Positions 6,994 through 17,929 of a DNA stretch of 57,042 nt are shown one piece after another. The position numbers and the translations under genes are program-made. The notes below the pieces were generated by a model. The model was not told the DNA's origin and searched no databases. It worked only from the letters and a program-made list of their open reading frames with translations. Source of the DNA: a virus (taxonomy: Duplodnaviria; Caudoviricetes); the IMG/VR virus record IMGVR_UViG_3300046804_003910, positions 1 through 57,042 of that record, one strand, 5' to 3'. Every line of letters begins with the position of its first letter. Position 1 is the stretch's first letter.

Positions 6994-7471
6994 TAATACT
7001 TATAATAATTTTACAATAATAGTAGACACACGAGAACAACAACCGTGGACCTTTGATAATTATGCCAAGGCTCACAAGAAGCTGGATACTGGAGATTATA
7101 GCATAGAAGGCTTAGAGCATATATTAACCATCGAAAGAAAAAAGAGTTCTAGTGAATTTGCAACGAACATTGTTGAGAGTCGATTCAAAGATGTTGTGAT
7201 GCGTTTGAGTCAATTTAAATATTCATTTTTATTATTAGAATTTGATGTAGAAGACTTATTAATATATCCTATCGGAAGCACTGTTCCTAAAAGGATGTGG
7301 GATAAAGTTAAAATTACTCCTTCATTCTTAATCAAACACATTATTGAACTACAACTAAATCATAACATAAAAGTTATGTTTTGTGGTAATGCGGCAAATG
7401 CAGAAAAGATAGCTGAATTCATTTTTAAAAAAATACATTACATAGAAATGGTAAAAAAACAAGATGAATGA
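6983..7471 (+). CDS. ERCC4/XPF-domain nuclease
   Basis: IIVDTREQ, LDTGDYS and IERK motifs of the ERCC4 family. Confidence 0.88.
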   Translation: MTNNNTYNNFTIIVDTREQQPWTFDNYAKAHKKLDTGDYSIEGLEHILTIERKKSSSEFATNIVESRFKDVVMRLSQFKYSFLLLEFDVEDLLIYPIGSTVPKRMWDKVKITPSFLIKHIIELQLNHNIKVMFCGNAANAEKIAEFIFKKIHYIEMVKKQDE

Positions 7472-9488
7472 TCTAAGCAATAAAATATCATTTGATGATG
7501 CTTGGTTAGATCTGGGCGATATTAGTAAAATTAACATAGATAAAAATGTAATGATTCACAGGTCAGAAAGCGATATTGAGCTTCCTGATCTTCATCTAAT
7601 GAAAGTTTTAAAAAATCCTAAGTATATAGGAAGTATGGTAAAGCTTTTATTTAATATTGAATTGCATCCTATACAAATATTAATTTTACAAGAGTTTTGG
7701 ATTCGACCATTTCCTATGTATATTGCTAGTCGTGGTTGGGGTAAATCGTTTCTATTAGCTTTATATTGTGTTATTAAATGCACATTCTGTCCTGGTACTA
7801 AAATAGTCGTAGTAGGTGCTGCATTTCGTCAAAGTAAAATCATCTTTGAATATATGGAAACTATTTGGCGCAATAGTCCCATATTAAGAAGTATCTTTAA
7901 TGGTAATGATGATGGTCCAAGACGAGATGTTGACAGATGTACTATTCGTTTAGGAGACAGTTGGACAATAGCCATTCCTATGGGTGATGGTAGTAAAATC
8001 AGAGGTTTACGCGCGCACATTATAATCGCTGACGAATTTGCATCTATAAGTCCTGATATTTATGAAACAGTAGTATCAGGATTCGCTGCGGTATCAGCAA
8101 GTCCAATACAGAATGTTAAAGAAGAAGCTAAGAAAAAAGCCATGATTGAAGCAGGAATATGGAATGAGGAATTAGAAGTATTAAACACAAAGATGGGCAA
8201 TCAGGCAATTATATCAGGAACAGCAGATTATGATTTTAAACATTTTGCTTCTTACTGGAAAAGATACAAAGCCATTATAGAAAGCAAAGGAGAAAAAAGA
8301 AAACTAGAAGAAATATTTAAGGGCGAAGTTCCAGATAACTTTAATTGGAAAGACTATAGTATTATTCGTATACCGTATGAACTAATACCAAAGGGCTTTA
8401 TGGATGATAAACAGGTGAGTAGAGCTAAAGCAACTATTCATAATGGTATATATAATATGGAGTACGCTGCTTGTTTCGTAAAAGATAGTGAAGGATTTTT
8501 TAGGAGAAGTCTGATAGAGAGCTGCGTAGTTTCTAATAATCAAATTATTATTGATGGAAAACCAATAATGTTTGATGCAGTTATTAAAGGAGACCCCAAT
8601 AAGCAGTATGTATACGGGATCGATCCTGCTAGTGAACAAGATAATTTTAGTATCGTTATATTAGAAGTAAATCCTACGCATTCTAAAATCGTGTATTGCT
8701 GGACTACTAATAGAGCTAATTTTAAAGAGCGTCAAAAAACCGGGCTTATAACGGAACATGATTTCTATGGATTCTGTGCTCGTAAAATTAGAAATTTGAT
8801 GAAAACTTTTAAGCCAATTAAAATAGGTATGGACGCACAAGGAGGAGGGGTCGCAATTGAGGAATCATTACATGACCCCAACAGGCTAGAAGAAGGAGAA
8901 ATATTAATTTGGCCAACAATAGAGGATAAAGAGAAAGATACCGATGACCAACCAGGACTACACATATTGGAACTTATTCAATTTGCTAAAGCAGAATGGA
9001 CGAGCCAAGCCAACCATGGACTAAGAAAAGACTTAGAAGATAAAACCTTGCTATTTCCTGCTTTTGATAATTTAACTCTAGGATTAGCTATTGAAAGAGA
9101 GGGTAAAGATATATTAGAAATGGATCTTAATCCTCTTTATGACAGCTTAAGTGAATGCATATTAGAAATAGAAGAATTAAAGAATGAATTGACAACCATA
9201 GTAATGACACAAACTAGCCAAGGCCCAAATGCCAGAGACAGATGGGACACCCCTGAAACAAAACTTGGTCAAGGCAAAAAAGGAAGACTAAGAAAAGACC
9301 GCTATAGTTCATTAATAATAGCTAATATGTTAGCAAGACAACTAAATAAAGCATTAAAACCTATTAACTATGATATTATTGGAGAGAATGCTAGGGACTC
9401 AGTTAAGAATAATGGTAATATGTATCGTGGACCAGAATGGTTTATAAATGGAGCTAATGACGATGTATATACGGGAATCTACAGATAA
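7464..9488 (+). CDS. terL: Terminase large subunit
   Basis: Walker A ASRGWGKS, IRGLRAHIIIADE Walker B, nuclease domain YGIDPA...KDRYS. Confidence 0.92.
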   Translation: MNDLSNKISFDDAWLDLGDISKINIDKNVMIHRSESDIELPDLHLMKVLKNPKYIGSMVKLLFNIELHPIQILILQEFWIRPFPMYIASRGWGKSFLLALYCVIKCTFCPGTKIVVVGAAFRQSKIIFEYMETIWRNSPILRSIFNGNDDGPRRDVDRCTIRLGDSWTIAIPMGDGSKIRGLRAHIIIADEFASISPDIYETVVSGFAAVSASPIQNVKEEAKKKAMIEAGIWNEELEVLNTKMGNQAIISGTADYDFKHFASYWKRYKAIIESKGEKRKLEEIFKGEVPDNFNWKDYSIIRIPYELIPKGFMDDKQVSRAKATIHNGIYNMEYAACFVKDSEGFFRRSLIESCVVSNNQIIIDGKPIMFDAVIKGDPNKQYVYGIDPASEQDNFSIVILEVNPTHSKIVYCWTTNRANFKERQKTGLITEHDFYGFCARKIRNLMKTFKPIKIGMDAQGGGVAIEESLHDPNRLEEGEILIWPTIEDKEKDTDDQPGLHILELIQFAKAEWTSQANHGLRKDLEDKTLLFPAFDNLTLGLAIEREGKDILEMDLNPLYDSLSECILEIEELKNELTTIVMTQTSQGPNARDRWDTPETKLGQGKKGRLRKDRYSSLIIANMLARQLNKALKPINYDIIGENARDSVKNNGNMYRGPEWFINGANDDVYTGIYR

Positions 9489-9558
9489 AAGTGTATAATT
9501 CCTTTATAATCCCATTGCATTACTATTAAGATATATTCTAGCTAATAAAGAGGCCAAA

Positions 9559-11736
9559 ATGCCAAGAAAAAAGTCCAAAGATGAGGTTATTAATCCTGGA
9601 AATACTGTTCCTCCAGAAGCTTATATAACATGGGGAGATGATTTAGATAGTAAAAGAGAAGCGCTAAAAAGCGCAGGATCATCTTTAGATGAATTTACTT
9701 TGATAGAAAAAGCAACAGCCGCTGGTGGTCGTAGATATAGTTTAGATTTTTCTAGTCTAGATGGACTTACAGGAAGTCGCCCAGGATTAACCAAAGATGA
9801 TTACTATACATTTAGACCTCAAGAGGCTCCTCCTAATGAGATAAAAATGATTCTGCAACGAGCAGAAAGAATTTATCAAAGAGTAGGGTTGGTAAAAAAT
9901 GTTATTGATCTTATGGGAGATTTTGCTAGTCAAGGAATACGATTAGTACACAGAAATAAAAGGATAGAAAGATTTTATAGAAGATGGTTTAAAAAAATAA
10001 ATGGTAAAGATAGGAGCGAAAGATTCCTTAACAATCTATATAAAAGTGGTAATATTGTTATAGACAGAAGAACAGCAAAGATAAGTATAAAAGTTGCAGA
10101 CAAGCTGTATAAAGCTCTTGGTACGGCAGATATGCAATTGAATGATCTTCCAGAAGTAAATGTTGATAAAAGAGAGATTCCATGGAAATATACATTCATA
10201 GATCCTATATGTGTTGAGGTCTCAGCAGGAGCACTCTCTTCATTTTTAAATGACAAAACATATGAATTAATTTTACCAGCAGCATTGCGTAAAGTTATTA
10301 ATAATCCAAAAACAGAAAATGAAAAAAGAGTTATCGATAATTTACCTGCACAAATTATAGAAGCTGCTAAAAATAAAAAACCATACCCTCTTGATCATGA
10401 TAAAACATTAGTATTCCACTACAAAAAAGATGATTGGCAAGCATGGGCATATCCTATGATTTATGCTATCATGGACGATATTACAGTAGTTGAAAAACTT
10501 AAATTAGCTGATATGGCAGCTTTGGATGGTGCTATTAGTAATATTAGAATATTTAAATTAGGAAGTTTAGAACATAAAATTGCTCCTACAAAAGCAGCCA
10601 CATCTAAACTAGCCCAGATTCTTGGAAATAATGTTGGAGGAGGAACTATGGATCTTATATGGGGTCCAGATATTGAATTATTAGAAAGTAATACTAATGT
10701 ACATAATTTTCTAGGAGAAGGAAAATATATTCCACATCTTAATGCTATATATGCCGGATTAGGTATTCCTCCAACCCTAACAGGCACATTTGGTGCAGCA
10801 GGAACAACAAATAATTTTATCAGTTTAAAAACTCTAACACAAAGATTACAATATGGTAGAGATAGATTAATAGAATTTTGGGAAGAAGAAATAGCTATAG
10901 TTCAAAAAGCTATGGGATTTAAGTACCCTGCTAAAATTGAGTTTGATAGAATGGATCTTAGTAATGAAGATAGCGAAAAAGCTTTATTGGTACAGCTTGC
11001 TGATCGTAATCTTATTAGTGATGAACTATTACAAACAAGATTCGGTTTTGATCCTGATATGGAAAAGAGTAGACTAAATAGAGAGAGTAGAGAAAGAGAT
11101 AGTAATAGAATGGTTCAAAAATCTGGTCCGTGGTTTGATCCTGAATTCGAAAACTCACTAAAGAAAATAGCTTTACAAACAGGAATAGTAACTCCCAGTC
11201 AAGTTGGTTTAGAATTAGAAAAAAAGAAAACCAGTGAAAAAAGCGCTTTGGAAATGAAAGTACCATCATCTCCCATTGGGGGAGGCGGTCCAATTCCAGC
11301 AAAAAATCCTACAGGCGTTCCTGGCGAAGGAAGACCAAAACTATCCAAGGATTCAGAAAAGAGAAAAACTAAAACATTTAGTCCAAGAACCGGAGCTAAA
11401 TTATCACTATGGGCAAATTCAGCACAAGATAAAATTAGCGATATAATTAATCCTATCATGTTAGAATTTTTTAATAAAAAGAACATTAGAAGTCTTAGTA
11501 ATATAGAGTTTGAAAAATTAGAAGATATTAAAACAAGTATTTTATTAAGTTTATCTCCTTATGATAACATTAATAATCAATCTATTAGCAATATAAATAT
11601 TAATAACAATACTGTAAGTACTTATTATAATTGGCTAAAATTATTAAAATCTGATTTAGGAAGAGCTTTAACGGTTGAGGAAACAAAACAGGCTAAGGCT
11701 TCTTTTTATAGTATGGTGTATAGCCAAGATGTATAA
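9559..11736 (+). CDS. Portal protein
   Basis: Follows terL; size and portal-like features (KNVIDLM.DF, IYAGLGIPPTL, KIEFDRMDL). Confidence 0.8.
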   Translation: MPRKKSKDEVINPGNTVPPEAYITWGDDLDSKREALKSAGSSLDEFTLIEKATAAGGRRYSLDFSSLDGLTGSRPGLTKDDYYTFRPQEAPPNEIKMILQRAERIYQRVGLVKNVIDLMGDFASQGIRLVHRNKRIERFYRRWFKKINGKDRSERFLNNLYKSGNIVIDRRTAKISIKVADKLYKALGTADMQLNDLPEVNVDKREIPWKYTFIDPICVEVSAGALSSFLNDKTYELILPAALRKVINNPKTENEKRVIDNLPAQIIEAAKNKKPYPLDHDKTLVFHYKKDDWQAWAYPMIYAIMDDITVVEKLKLADMAALDGAISNIRIFKLGSLEHKIAPTKAATSKLAQILGNNVGGGTMDLIWGPDIELLESNTNVHNFLGEGKYIPHLNAIYAGLGIPPTLTGTFGAAGTTNNFISLKTLTQRLQYGRDRLIEFWEEEIAIVQKAMGFKYPAKIEFDRMDLSNEDSEKALLVQLADRNLISDELLQTRFGFDPDMEKSRLNRESRERDSNRMVQKSGPWFDPEFENSLKKIALQTGIVTPSQVGLELEKKKTSEKSALEMKVPSSPIGGGGPIPAKNPTGVPGEGRPKLSKDSEKRKTKTFSPRTGAKLSLWANSAQDKISDIINPIMLEFFNKKNIRSLSNIEFEKLEDIKTSILLSLSPYDNINNQSISNININNNTVSTYYNWLKLLKSDLGRALTVEETKQAKASFYSMVYSQDV

Positions 11737-11757
11737 ATTCTCGGAGAAATTATAATT

Positions 11758-13293
11758 ATGAAAATTTTTGAACAAGAAAAATTAGATGGCTTACAAGATC
11801 TACTGTCAGCCACCGCCTCAATATCATATGCTAGTGCGGTTTCTCCTTGTGATAAACTAAAAAGTACAAAAAATCTTAAAAGCATAGCGTCATTTAACGA
11901 TGATGATCTATATTATGTTCAATCTATTTTAGTAAGTAGTTCATGGAATAAAAATGATGATATTTTTGACAAAGCAGAAGTTTGGAATGCTCGAAATACT
12001 CCAGAAGACAAACCAACTAATTTAGAGCATGACGAATCACTAATAATAGGACATATTGTATCCAATTGGCCGATTACAGAAGATGGTATATTAATTGATG
12101 AAAATACTCCAATAGAAAATTTACCAGATAAATATCATATTTTAACAGGATCAGTTATCTATAAAGCCTTTTCTAGTCCAGAACTTAGAGAAAGATCAGA
12201 AAAACTAATAGCTGAAATAGAAAATGGCCAAAAATATGTTAGTATGGAATGTTTATTTAAGGGATTTGATTATGGATTATTAAACAAGGCTAATAACGAA
12301 TATAAAATATTAGCTAGAAATAATGAAACAGCATACTTAACAAAATACCTAAGAGCCTACGGCGGATTAGGCGAACACCAAGACTATAAAATTGGCAGAG
12401 TTCTGCGTAATATAACTTTTACAGGCAAGGGATTTGTTGATAAACCAGCAAATGAAGATAGTATTATTTTTTCAAAAAACCTTATTCCTGTAACAAATGA
12501 TAATCCTGAACCTATTATTGCAGCAGAAAAAAATTGCGAAATTGATAAATTAGGTGTATTAAATTTTCAATCCAATAAAGAATCGGAGACTTTAACTATG
12601 AGTTCAGCTAAAACAGAAACAACTATGGAAGACACACAAGCCGAAACAGTATCAGAAGTGAATACTGTTGCTTTGGAGTTAACCTCTAAAGTTGAAGAAT
12701 TAACAGCTTCCAATGAAACATTAAAGAGTGAATTACAGGCTTTAGCAGAAACTAAAGACAATGAAATTAAAACACTCAAAGAAGAAGCAGCTAAGAAAAT
12801 GGAAGATAAAGAAGAAGAAGCTAAAAAAATGAAAGCTGCTATAGAAAATATTCAAAATGAACTTAATGCTGCAAATGAGTTAGTTGCTGCTTATAAGACT
12901 AAAGAAGAAGAAATGATGAAGAAAGAAAAGAAGAACAAACGCATGGCTTCTTTAGTTAGTGCTGGTGTAGATAATGCAACAGCAGAAGCAACAGTTGACA
13001 AATTCGATAGTTTGGATGACGACGCTTTTGATGCTATGACCTCTCTTTTCGCTGGTAAGATGCCACCTTGGCTAGAGAAGAAAAAAGAAGAAGAAGACAA
13101 AACAGAAAAGAAAAAAGCATCAGAAGAAGAATCCAATGTTGAGGCGGATCCATCGGTGCTAGAAACAGCCGAGGTTGAAGCTAATATTAATCTAGCTGTT
13201 GGTAGTAACGATTCAGAATCTGCACTAGAATCTGCCAGAGCAGAACTGGTCGAGTTTGTTTGTAGCAAAATCGGCAAAAAAAATAACAAGTAG
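11758..13293 (+). CDS. Prohead protease fused to a coiled-coil scaffold
   Basis: NKNDD, TNLEH...IIGHI, YVSMEC and GKGFVDKPAN protease-like motifs; acidic coiled-coil C-terminal half. Confidence 0.75.
   Translation: MKIFEQEKLDGLQDLLSATASISYASAVSPCDKLKSTKNLKSIASFNDDDLYYVQSILVSSSWNKNDDIFDKAEVWNARNTPEDKPTNLEHDESLIIGHIVSNWPITEDGILIDENTPIENLPDKYHILTGSVIYKAFSSPELRERSEKLIAEIENGQKYVSMECLFKGFDYGLLNKANNEYKILARNNETAYLTKYLRAYGGLGEHQDYKIGRVLRNITFTGKGFVDKPANEDSIIFSKNLIPVTNDNPEPIIAAEKNCEIDKLGVLNFQSNKESETLTMSSAKTETTMEDTQAETVSEVNTVALELTSKVEELTASNETLKSELQALAETKDNEIKTLKEEAAKKMEDKEEEAKKMKAAIENIQNELNAANELVAAYKTKEEEMMKKEKKNKRMASLVSAGVDNATAEATVDKFDSLDDDAFDAMTSLFAGKMPPWLEKKKEEEDKTEKKKASEEESNVEADPSVLETAEVEANINLAVGSNDSESALESARAELVEFVCSKIGKKNNK
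12598..13293 (+). CDS. Putative nested in-frame scaffold protein
   Basis: Internal GGTGTAT motif at 12553 and a GGAG RBS before in-frame ATG 12598. Confidence 0.5.
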   Translation: MSSAKTETTMEDTQAETVSEVNTVALELTSKVEELTASNETLKSELQALAETKDNEIKTLKEEAAKKMEDKEEEAKKMKAAIENIQNELNAANELVAAYKTKEEEMMKKEKKNKRMASLVSAGVDNATAEATVDKFDSLDDDAFDAMTSLFAGKMPPWLEKKKEEEDKTEKKKASEEESNVEADPSVLETAEVEANINLAVGSNDSESALESARAELVEFVCSKIGKKNNK

Positions 13294-13319
13294 TACCCAA
13301 TTAATACGGAGAAATTACA

Positions 13320-13781
13320 ATGGCTCTAAAACCAGATCGTATCGAACTTTTAACTGATGTTTCATTCTTCATGAACACAACTGCTGAACGCGGTGGCGTA
13401 GTTAGTGTTGTAACAGCAACAAGTGGAGTTGGCATCTCTATGGATGATGGCAACGCTGTTGTAGCATATGCTGCGACTGTTTCTGGATCAAAACCAGTTG
13501 GCGTATTGCTAAATGATGTTGTTAATCTTGATCTAACAAGACAACACATCAACTGGCACAAAGACGAAACCCAGGTTGGCGGCAAAGTCACTCTGCTTCG
13601 TCAAGGTCAAGTAACAACAAATATGCTAGTTGCGGGCACAACGCCATCTGCTGGTGCTGATGCTTATGTTGGTGCTAGTGGTTATATTGGAACCAGTTCA
13701 ACGAACGCTGTTAAAATTGGTCAATTCCTAAGTGCCAAAGACACCGACGGATACGCTAAAGTATCAGTTAACCTAACCTAA
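13320..13781 (+). CDS. Capsid decoration/cement protein
   Basis: Small beta-rich protein between scaffold and MCP; GGAG RBS. Confidence 0.65.
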   Translation: MALKPDRIELLTDVSFFMNTTAERGGVVSVVTATSGVGISMDDGNAVVAYAATVSGSKPVGVLLNDVVNLDLTRQHINWHKDETQVGGKVTLLRQGQVTTNMLVAGTTPSAGADAYVGASGYIGTSSTNAVKIGQFLSAKDTDGYAKVSVNLT

Positions 13782-13809
13782 TTCATTTTTCATTAAGGGA
13801 GAAAAACAC

Positions 13810-14829
13810 ATGTCAGCTAAAACCGAAAGATTTCAGCCAACTCCAGAACTAACAGATCTTTTAGTTCGTTCTGGTTCAGCAAATAGGGAGGTTGCTCTTG
13901 CTGCAAACGCTGAGTTTGCCAAAGCTCTTGAGCTTCCTCTTCGTAGAGGCGTATTAAATGGTGATATTCTTGATGGCATTTTTGAGCCAATTCAACTAGC
14001 TCAAAGTGCTACCCCTGAATTTCCCCTAGATTTTCTAGCTCCTGGCACAGAGAAGGACTTTGTTGCCTATACAATTCCTAATCACGGATATATACCAGAG
14101 CGTCATGTTGAAGGCGATTACGTCATGGTTCCAACCTATGACATTGGCGCTTCAATCGACTATCTTTTAAAGTATGCTCGTGATGCTCGTTGGGATGTTG
14201 TTGGTCGTGCTATGGAAGTACTAGAAGCTTCATTCGTTAAAAAGATGAATGACGATGGCTGGCACACGCTATTAGCTGCTGGCGTTGATCGTAACATTGT
14301 TGTTTATGATAGCGATGCCAACAGTAGTCAGTTCACAAAGAGATTAGTTTCTCTTATGAAAACTGTTATGCGTCGTAACGGCGGTGGTAATAGCACATCA
14401 GCTAACAGAGGTCTATTAACAGATCTTTATGTTAGTCCAGAAGCTATGGAAGATATTCGCAACTGGGGTCTTGATCAAGTTGATGAGGTCACACGTAGAG
14501 AAATCTATACCGCTGCTGATGGCGCTATCAACCGCGTCTTTGGTGTTAACCTACATGACGTTGATGAGCTTGGTGTTGGGCAACAATACCAACAATTCTT
14601 TACCTCCAGTACTGGCGGTTTAGGAGCCTCAATGCCCGGTGGAGATACCGAGATTGTTGTTGGACTAGATCTTCGCAAGAGAGATAGTTTCATAATGCCA
14701 ATCCGTCAAGAAGTTCAAATTTTTGAAGATGAGTCACTTCATCGTCAAAAGAGAGCTGGCTTCTATGGTTGGGCAGAATTAGGTTTTGCTGTTCTTGATA
14801 ACCGTAGAGTTCTAATTGGTTCTCTATAA
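13810..14829 (+). CDS. Major capsid protein (HK97-like)
   Basis: 339 aa, position, strong RBS, downstream terminator, C-terminal GFYGWAELGFAVLD. Confidence 0.85.
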   Translation: MSAKTERFQPTPELTDLLVRSGSANREVALAANAEFAKALELPLRRGVLNGDILDGIFEPIQLAQSATPEFPLDFLAPGTEKDFVAYTIPNHGYIPERHVEGDYVMVPTYDIGASIDYLLKYARDARWDVVGRAMEVLEASFVKKMNDDGWHTLLAAGVDRNIVVYDSDANSSQFTKRLVSLMKTVMRRNGGGNSTSANRGLLTDLYVSPEAMEDIRNWGLDQVDEVTRREIYTAADGAINRVFGVNLHDVDELGVGQQYQQFFTSSTGGLGASMPGGDTEIVVGLDLRKRDSFIMPIRQEVQIFEDESLHRQKRAGFYGWAELGFAVLDNRRVLIGSL

Positions 14830-14858
14830 TATTTATTATTATTTTTGACACAACAACT

Positions 14859-14884
14859 AAGGCTGGCTTATGCCAGCCTTTTTT
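14859..14884 (+). terminator. Rho-independent terminator after MCP
   Basis: AAGGCTGGC-TTAT-GCCAGCCTT followed by a T-run. Confidence 0.85.
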
Positions 14885-14931
14885 GTTAGGTGTATTAGAT
14901 ATTATACTTCTTAACACTCAAGGTACTCATT

Positions 14932-15336
14932 ATGGCAGCGAGCAAATACGACTTTGCTATAGAACAAGGTACGTCATTTAAGATGAGCCTAGTATATAAA
15001 GACGCTAATAATAATCCTATTAACTTAACTGATTGGTGTGCTAGATTAACGGCTAAAACTAATACTGGAGCAATGCTGGTTTATACTACAGAAAATACTG
15101 ATTATGATCATTACAAATTTATTATAGACCCAGTAGCTGGTAAATTAACATTAATGTTTCCGGCCCGAACAACAAACGGTTTTACTTTTAATATAGCAAA
15201 ATATGATTTAGAACTACAAAGTCCTGATGATCTATATGACGGAGGAGGTAAATATACTGTACGTTTATTGTATGGAACAATAACAATGGCTAAAAGATTT
15301 AGTCAAGGTACAACATTATTGGATTGTGATATATGA
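14932..15336 (+). CDS. Virion structural protein (adaptor-like beta-sandwich)
   Basis: YDFAIEQGTSF...YDLEL motif; paralogous to the N-terminus of 27978..28973. Confidence 0.55.
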   Translation: MAASKYDFAIEQGTSFKMSLVYKDANNNPINLTDWCARLTAKTNTGAMLVYTTENTDYDHYKFIIDPVAGKLTLMFPARTTNGFTFNIAKYDLELQSPDDLYDGGGKYTVRLLYGTITMAKRFSQGTTLLDCDI

Positions 15337-15680
15337 GCGACTTTATTGTAGATATATTAGAACCTGTTAGTAATATTATTAGTATTGAAACTAGCATATT
15401 AAATGAGATAGATACTTTAGAAATTGAATTATTTGATCAATTTAATATTGATATAGTCAATACTGAAAAAATATTATGGAGTGATTTACCAGATAATATA
15501 CCTTTTAGTAAAATTAGTGGAAATATACCAGTTGAAAGAATAGAAGATTTAGATCAATATATTACAGGTTTTTTATCAGATAATGCAACTATTCACGTAG
15601 ACGATATACTTTGGGGTAATAATAATGTAGGACTGAGCGGATATTTAGACCAGTACCATTTTGATTGCGGTCCAGCTTAA
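15333..15680 (+). CDS. Acidic hypothetical virion protein
   Basis: ATGA-coupled ORF in the structural operon. Confidence 0.6.
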   Translation: MSDFIVDILEPVSNIISIETSILNEIDTLEIELFDQFNIDIVNTEKILWSDLPDNIPFSKISGNIPVERIEDLDQYITGFLSDNATIHVDDILWGNNNVGLSGYLDQYHFDCGPA

Positions 15681-15712
15681 AATTTAATTCACACATATAA
15701 AAGGGCTTAACA

Positions 15713-17929
15713 ATGGCAGACAACAGAAATACCAGAATTCAATTACGAAGAGGCACAGCTGCTCAATGGGCAAATCAAGGCAAAACATTAGCAGTTGGTG
15801 AAATTGGATACGAAGTTGATACTGGTAAATTCAAGATAGGTACTTCTGCACAAGGGGCCTGGGACTCTCTACCATATGCTGGCGGTAGCGCAATATCAGG
15901 AATGAGTGGAGTAGCATTTACGTTTGATAGTAGTACTAATGCTTACTATTTATATAGTTTTATTACTGGACTTGGTCAAGATGGAATTTCATTTAGTACT
16001 GGAAATTTAGCAGAGTATGTTCCAGGTGCGACAGGATCTTACTATAAAATTAGTATCAGTAATAAATTAGAAAATTTTCATGACCTAACAGGTAGCGGCT
16101 TTGTTGTTCAAAGTGGAACAGGAAACTTTTTTGCTAGAAATTTAGCTTCAGGAGACAATATAGTATTAACGAATGCTAATGGAGTTTTTGGCAATCCAAC
16201 AATTGGTCTTAATCCATCGCTAACAGGTATAAGTAGCATAAGTGGCATACCCAATTCTGCATTAAATATATTATCTAATAGTGGTATTTATCTTAATGGT
16301 GGAAATGTATCTGCTGGTAGTAGTGGTGTTAGAGTTAGTGATTTGACTATAGATGGAAATCTTACTATTGGTGCCGGTGGAATAGACATACTATTAGCTG
16401 CAGAAATATTGGCAACCGGTCCAATATCTTATTCTGGTAATCCTATAAGATTCCAGGGAGATGTATACTATGACAATATTCCTAAAGTTGGACCAACAGG
16501 CAACGGTGGAATTAATGCTACTGGAGTCAGTCTAAGCGGACACAAACATACATATACAGATATTACCGATTTCTGCACCGGTGTTACGGGTTGTGTAGAT
16601 ACTCAACTATTAGTATCAACAGGACTTCAAACAACATACTCTTCATCTGCTCCTAGCTTAACATTGTCTTTATCTGGTCAGGCATTAAGATTGCATAATT
16701 TAAGTTCTGACGGTTTTATTGTTCGTAGTGGTGAAAATATTTTAGCTAGAAGTATTACTGCTAGCGGTAGTAATATAGTTATTGGTAGTGGTGATGGAGT
16801 ATTAGGTAGTCCACAAATCGGACTTAATCCCGATATCAGTATAAATACTATTAGTACATCTAGTAATGCTACGGTTGGTGGAAATTTAACTGTTGGTGGA
16901 AATTTAGTAATTGAAGGAACTACTGTTACTCAAAATGTTAGCAATGTTTTAATCGAAGATCCAATACTAAGACTCGGAGCAACTACAGGAATATTAGATG
17001 GTAGTGATCAATGTGATCGAGGTATAGAATTTGTTTATAGACGCTCGGGTACTGTGCCTATTACAGGATTCATGGGATACGATTGGAGTAATGATAGATT
17101 TGATTTCTTAACAAATGTAACAGCTATTACCAGTGCCAACTGTCAGTACAATTCTACAAGCTCCGGAGTACTAGGTGTTGGGGGTATAGTTAGCGTTGGA
17201 GCAATTACTGGAACAAGACTAGTCTCAACAGAAAGCAACAACGCTAATGCTCCAATTATTGTAACATCAACCGGATTGGTACCAAATCTTAATGTTGGTA
17301 TGTTGAATGGTTCGAGCGGATGGTATTATAGACTAGCTTCTAGTATTACTGGAGAAGGCTTACTAAGCTCAGGAGTCCTACCAACACTACACGCTAATCC
17401 TATATCAACGGGTGTTGCATCATCTAGTATAACTAATTTTGTTAGCAATATTCTTGTTGATAGGATAGGTAGAGTTAGTGGAGTAACCACTGGAACTGGT
17501 AAAGTTACTATTGGTACCACAGATGTTAATTTTGGCTCTGCAGTAACTGCTTTTACTGGTATAAGTGGAATAACATCAGTTGTATTTAGCGGATCACTAT
17601 CTGGACTAGCGTCTAGTGGAGATGCAATTAATATATATAGCACCAATGTATCCAACATAAGTGCTGCTGCGATAGTTTTAGTAACAGGACAAGGAGCAGG
17701 AGCAAATAGAACGTTCTCCGATGCCTCATTATATTATGATACTATTAATGATAGATTAGCAATCAATTCTCTTAGTGGATTAATTAATGCGGCTTTTAGT
17801 GGATGGAATATGACTACGGCTCAGGCGCAGGCCACATTACCAACATGGTCATCAACATCTATAAGCGGCTTTGGAACTAGTCCAACATATTACTTACATA
17901 ATTTTATTATAGATGGCGGAACTCCGTAA
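15713..17929 (+). CDS. Fibre protein with an Mtd-N/hyaluronidase-N-like domain
   Basis: RIQLRRGTAAQW...LAVGEIGYEVDTGKFKIG; Gly/Ser/Thr-rich body. Confidence 0.75.
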   Translation: MADNRNTRIQLRRGTAAQWANQGKTLAVGEIGYEVDTGKFKIGTSAQGAWDSLPYAGGSAISGMSGVAFTFDSSTNAYYLYSFITGLGQDGISFSTGNLAEYVPGATGSYYKISISNKLENFHDLTGSGFVVQSGTGNFFARNLASGDNIVLTNANGVFGNPTIGLNPSLTGISSISGIPNSALNILSNSGIYLNGGNVSAGSSGVRVSDLTIDGNLTIGAGGIDILLAAEILATGPISYSGNPIRFQGDVYYDNIPKVGPTGNGGINATGVSLSGHKHTYTDITDFCTGVTGCVDTQLLVSTGLQTTYSSSAPSLTLSLSGQALRLHNLSSDGFIVRSGENILARSITASGSNIVIGSGDGVLGSPQIGLNPDISINTISTSSNATVGGNLTVGGNLVIEGTTVTQNVSNVLIEDPILRLGATTGILDGSDQCDRGIEFVYRRSGTVPITGFMGYDWSNDRFDFLTNVTAITSANCQYNSTSSGVLGVGGIVSVGAITGTRLVSTESNNANAPIIVTSTGLVPNLNVGMLNGSSGWYYRLASSITGEGLLSSGVLPTLHANPISTGVASSSITNFVSNILVDRIGRVSGVTTGTGKVTIGTTDVNFGSAVTAFTGISGITSVVFSGSLSGLASSGDAINIYSTNVSNISAAAIVLVTGQGAGANRTFSDASLYYDTINDRLAINSLSGLINAAFSGWNMTTAQAQATLPTWSSTSISGFGTSPTYYLHNFIIDGGTP

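Noticed and set aside
7464-9488. Intein or intron in the terminase
   Set aside because: The ORF is continuous, of plausible size, with no intein splice motifs seen.
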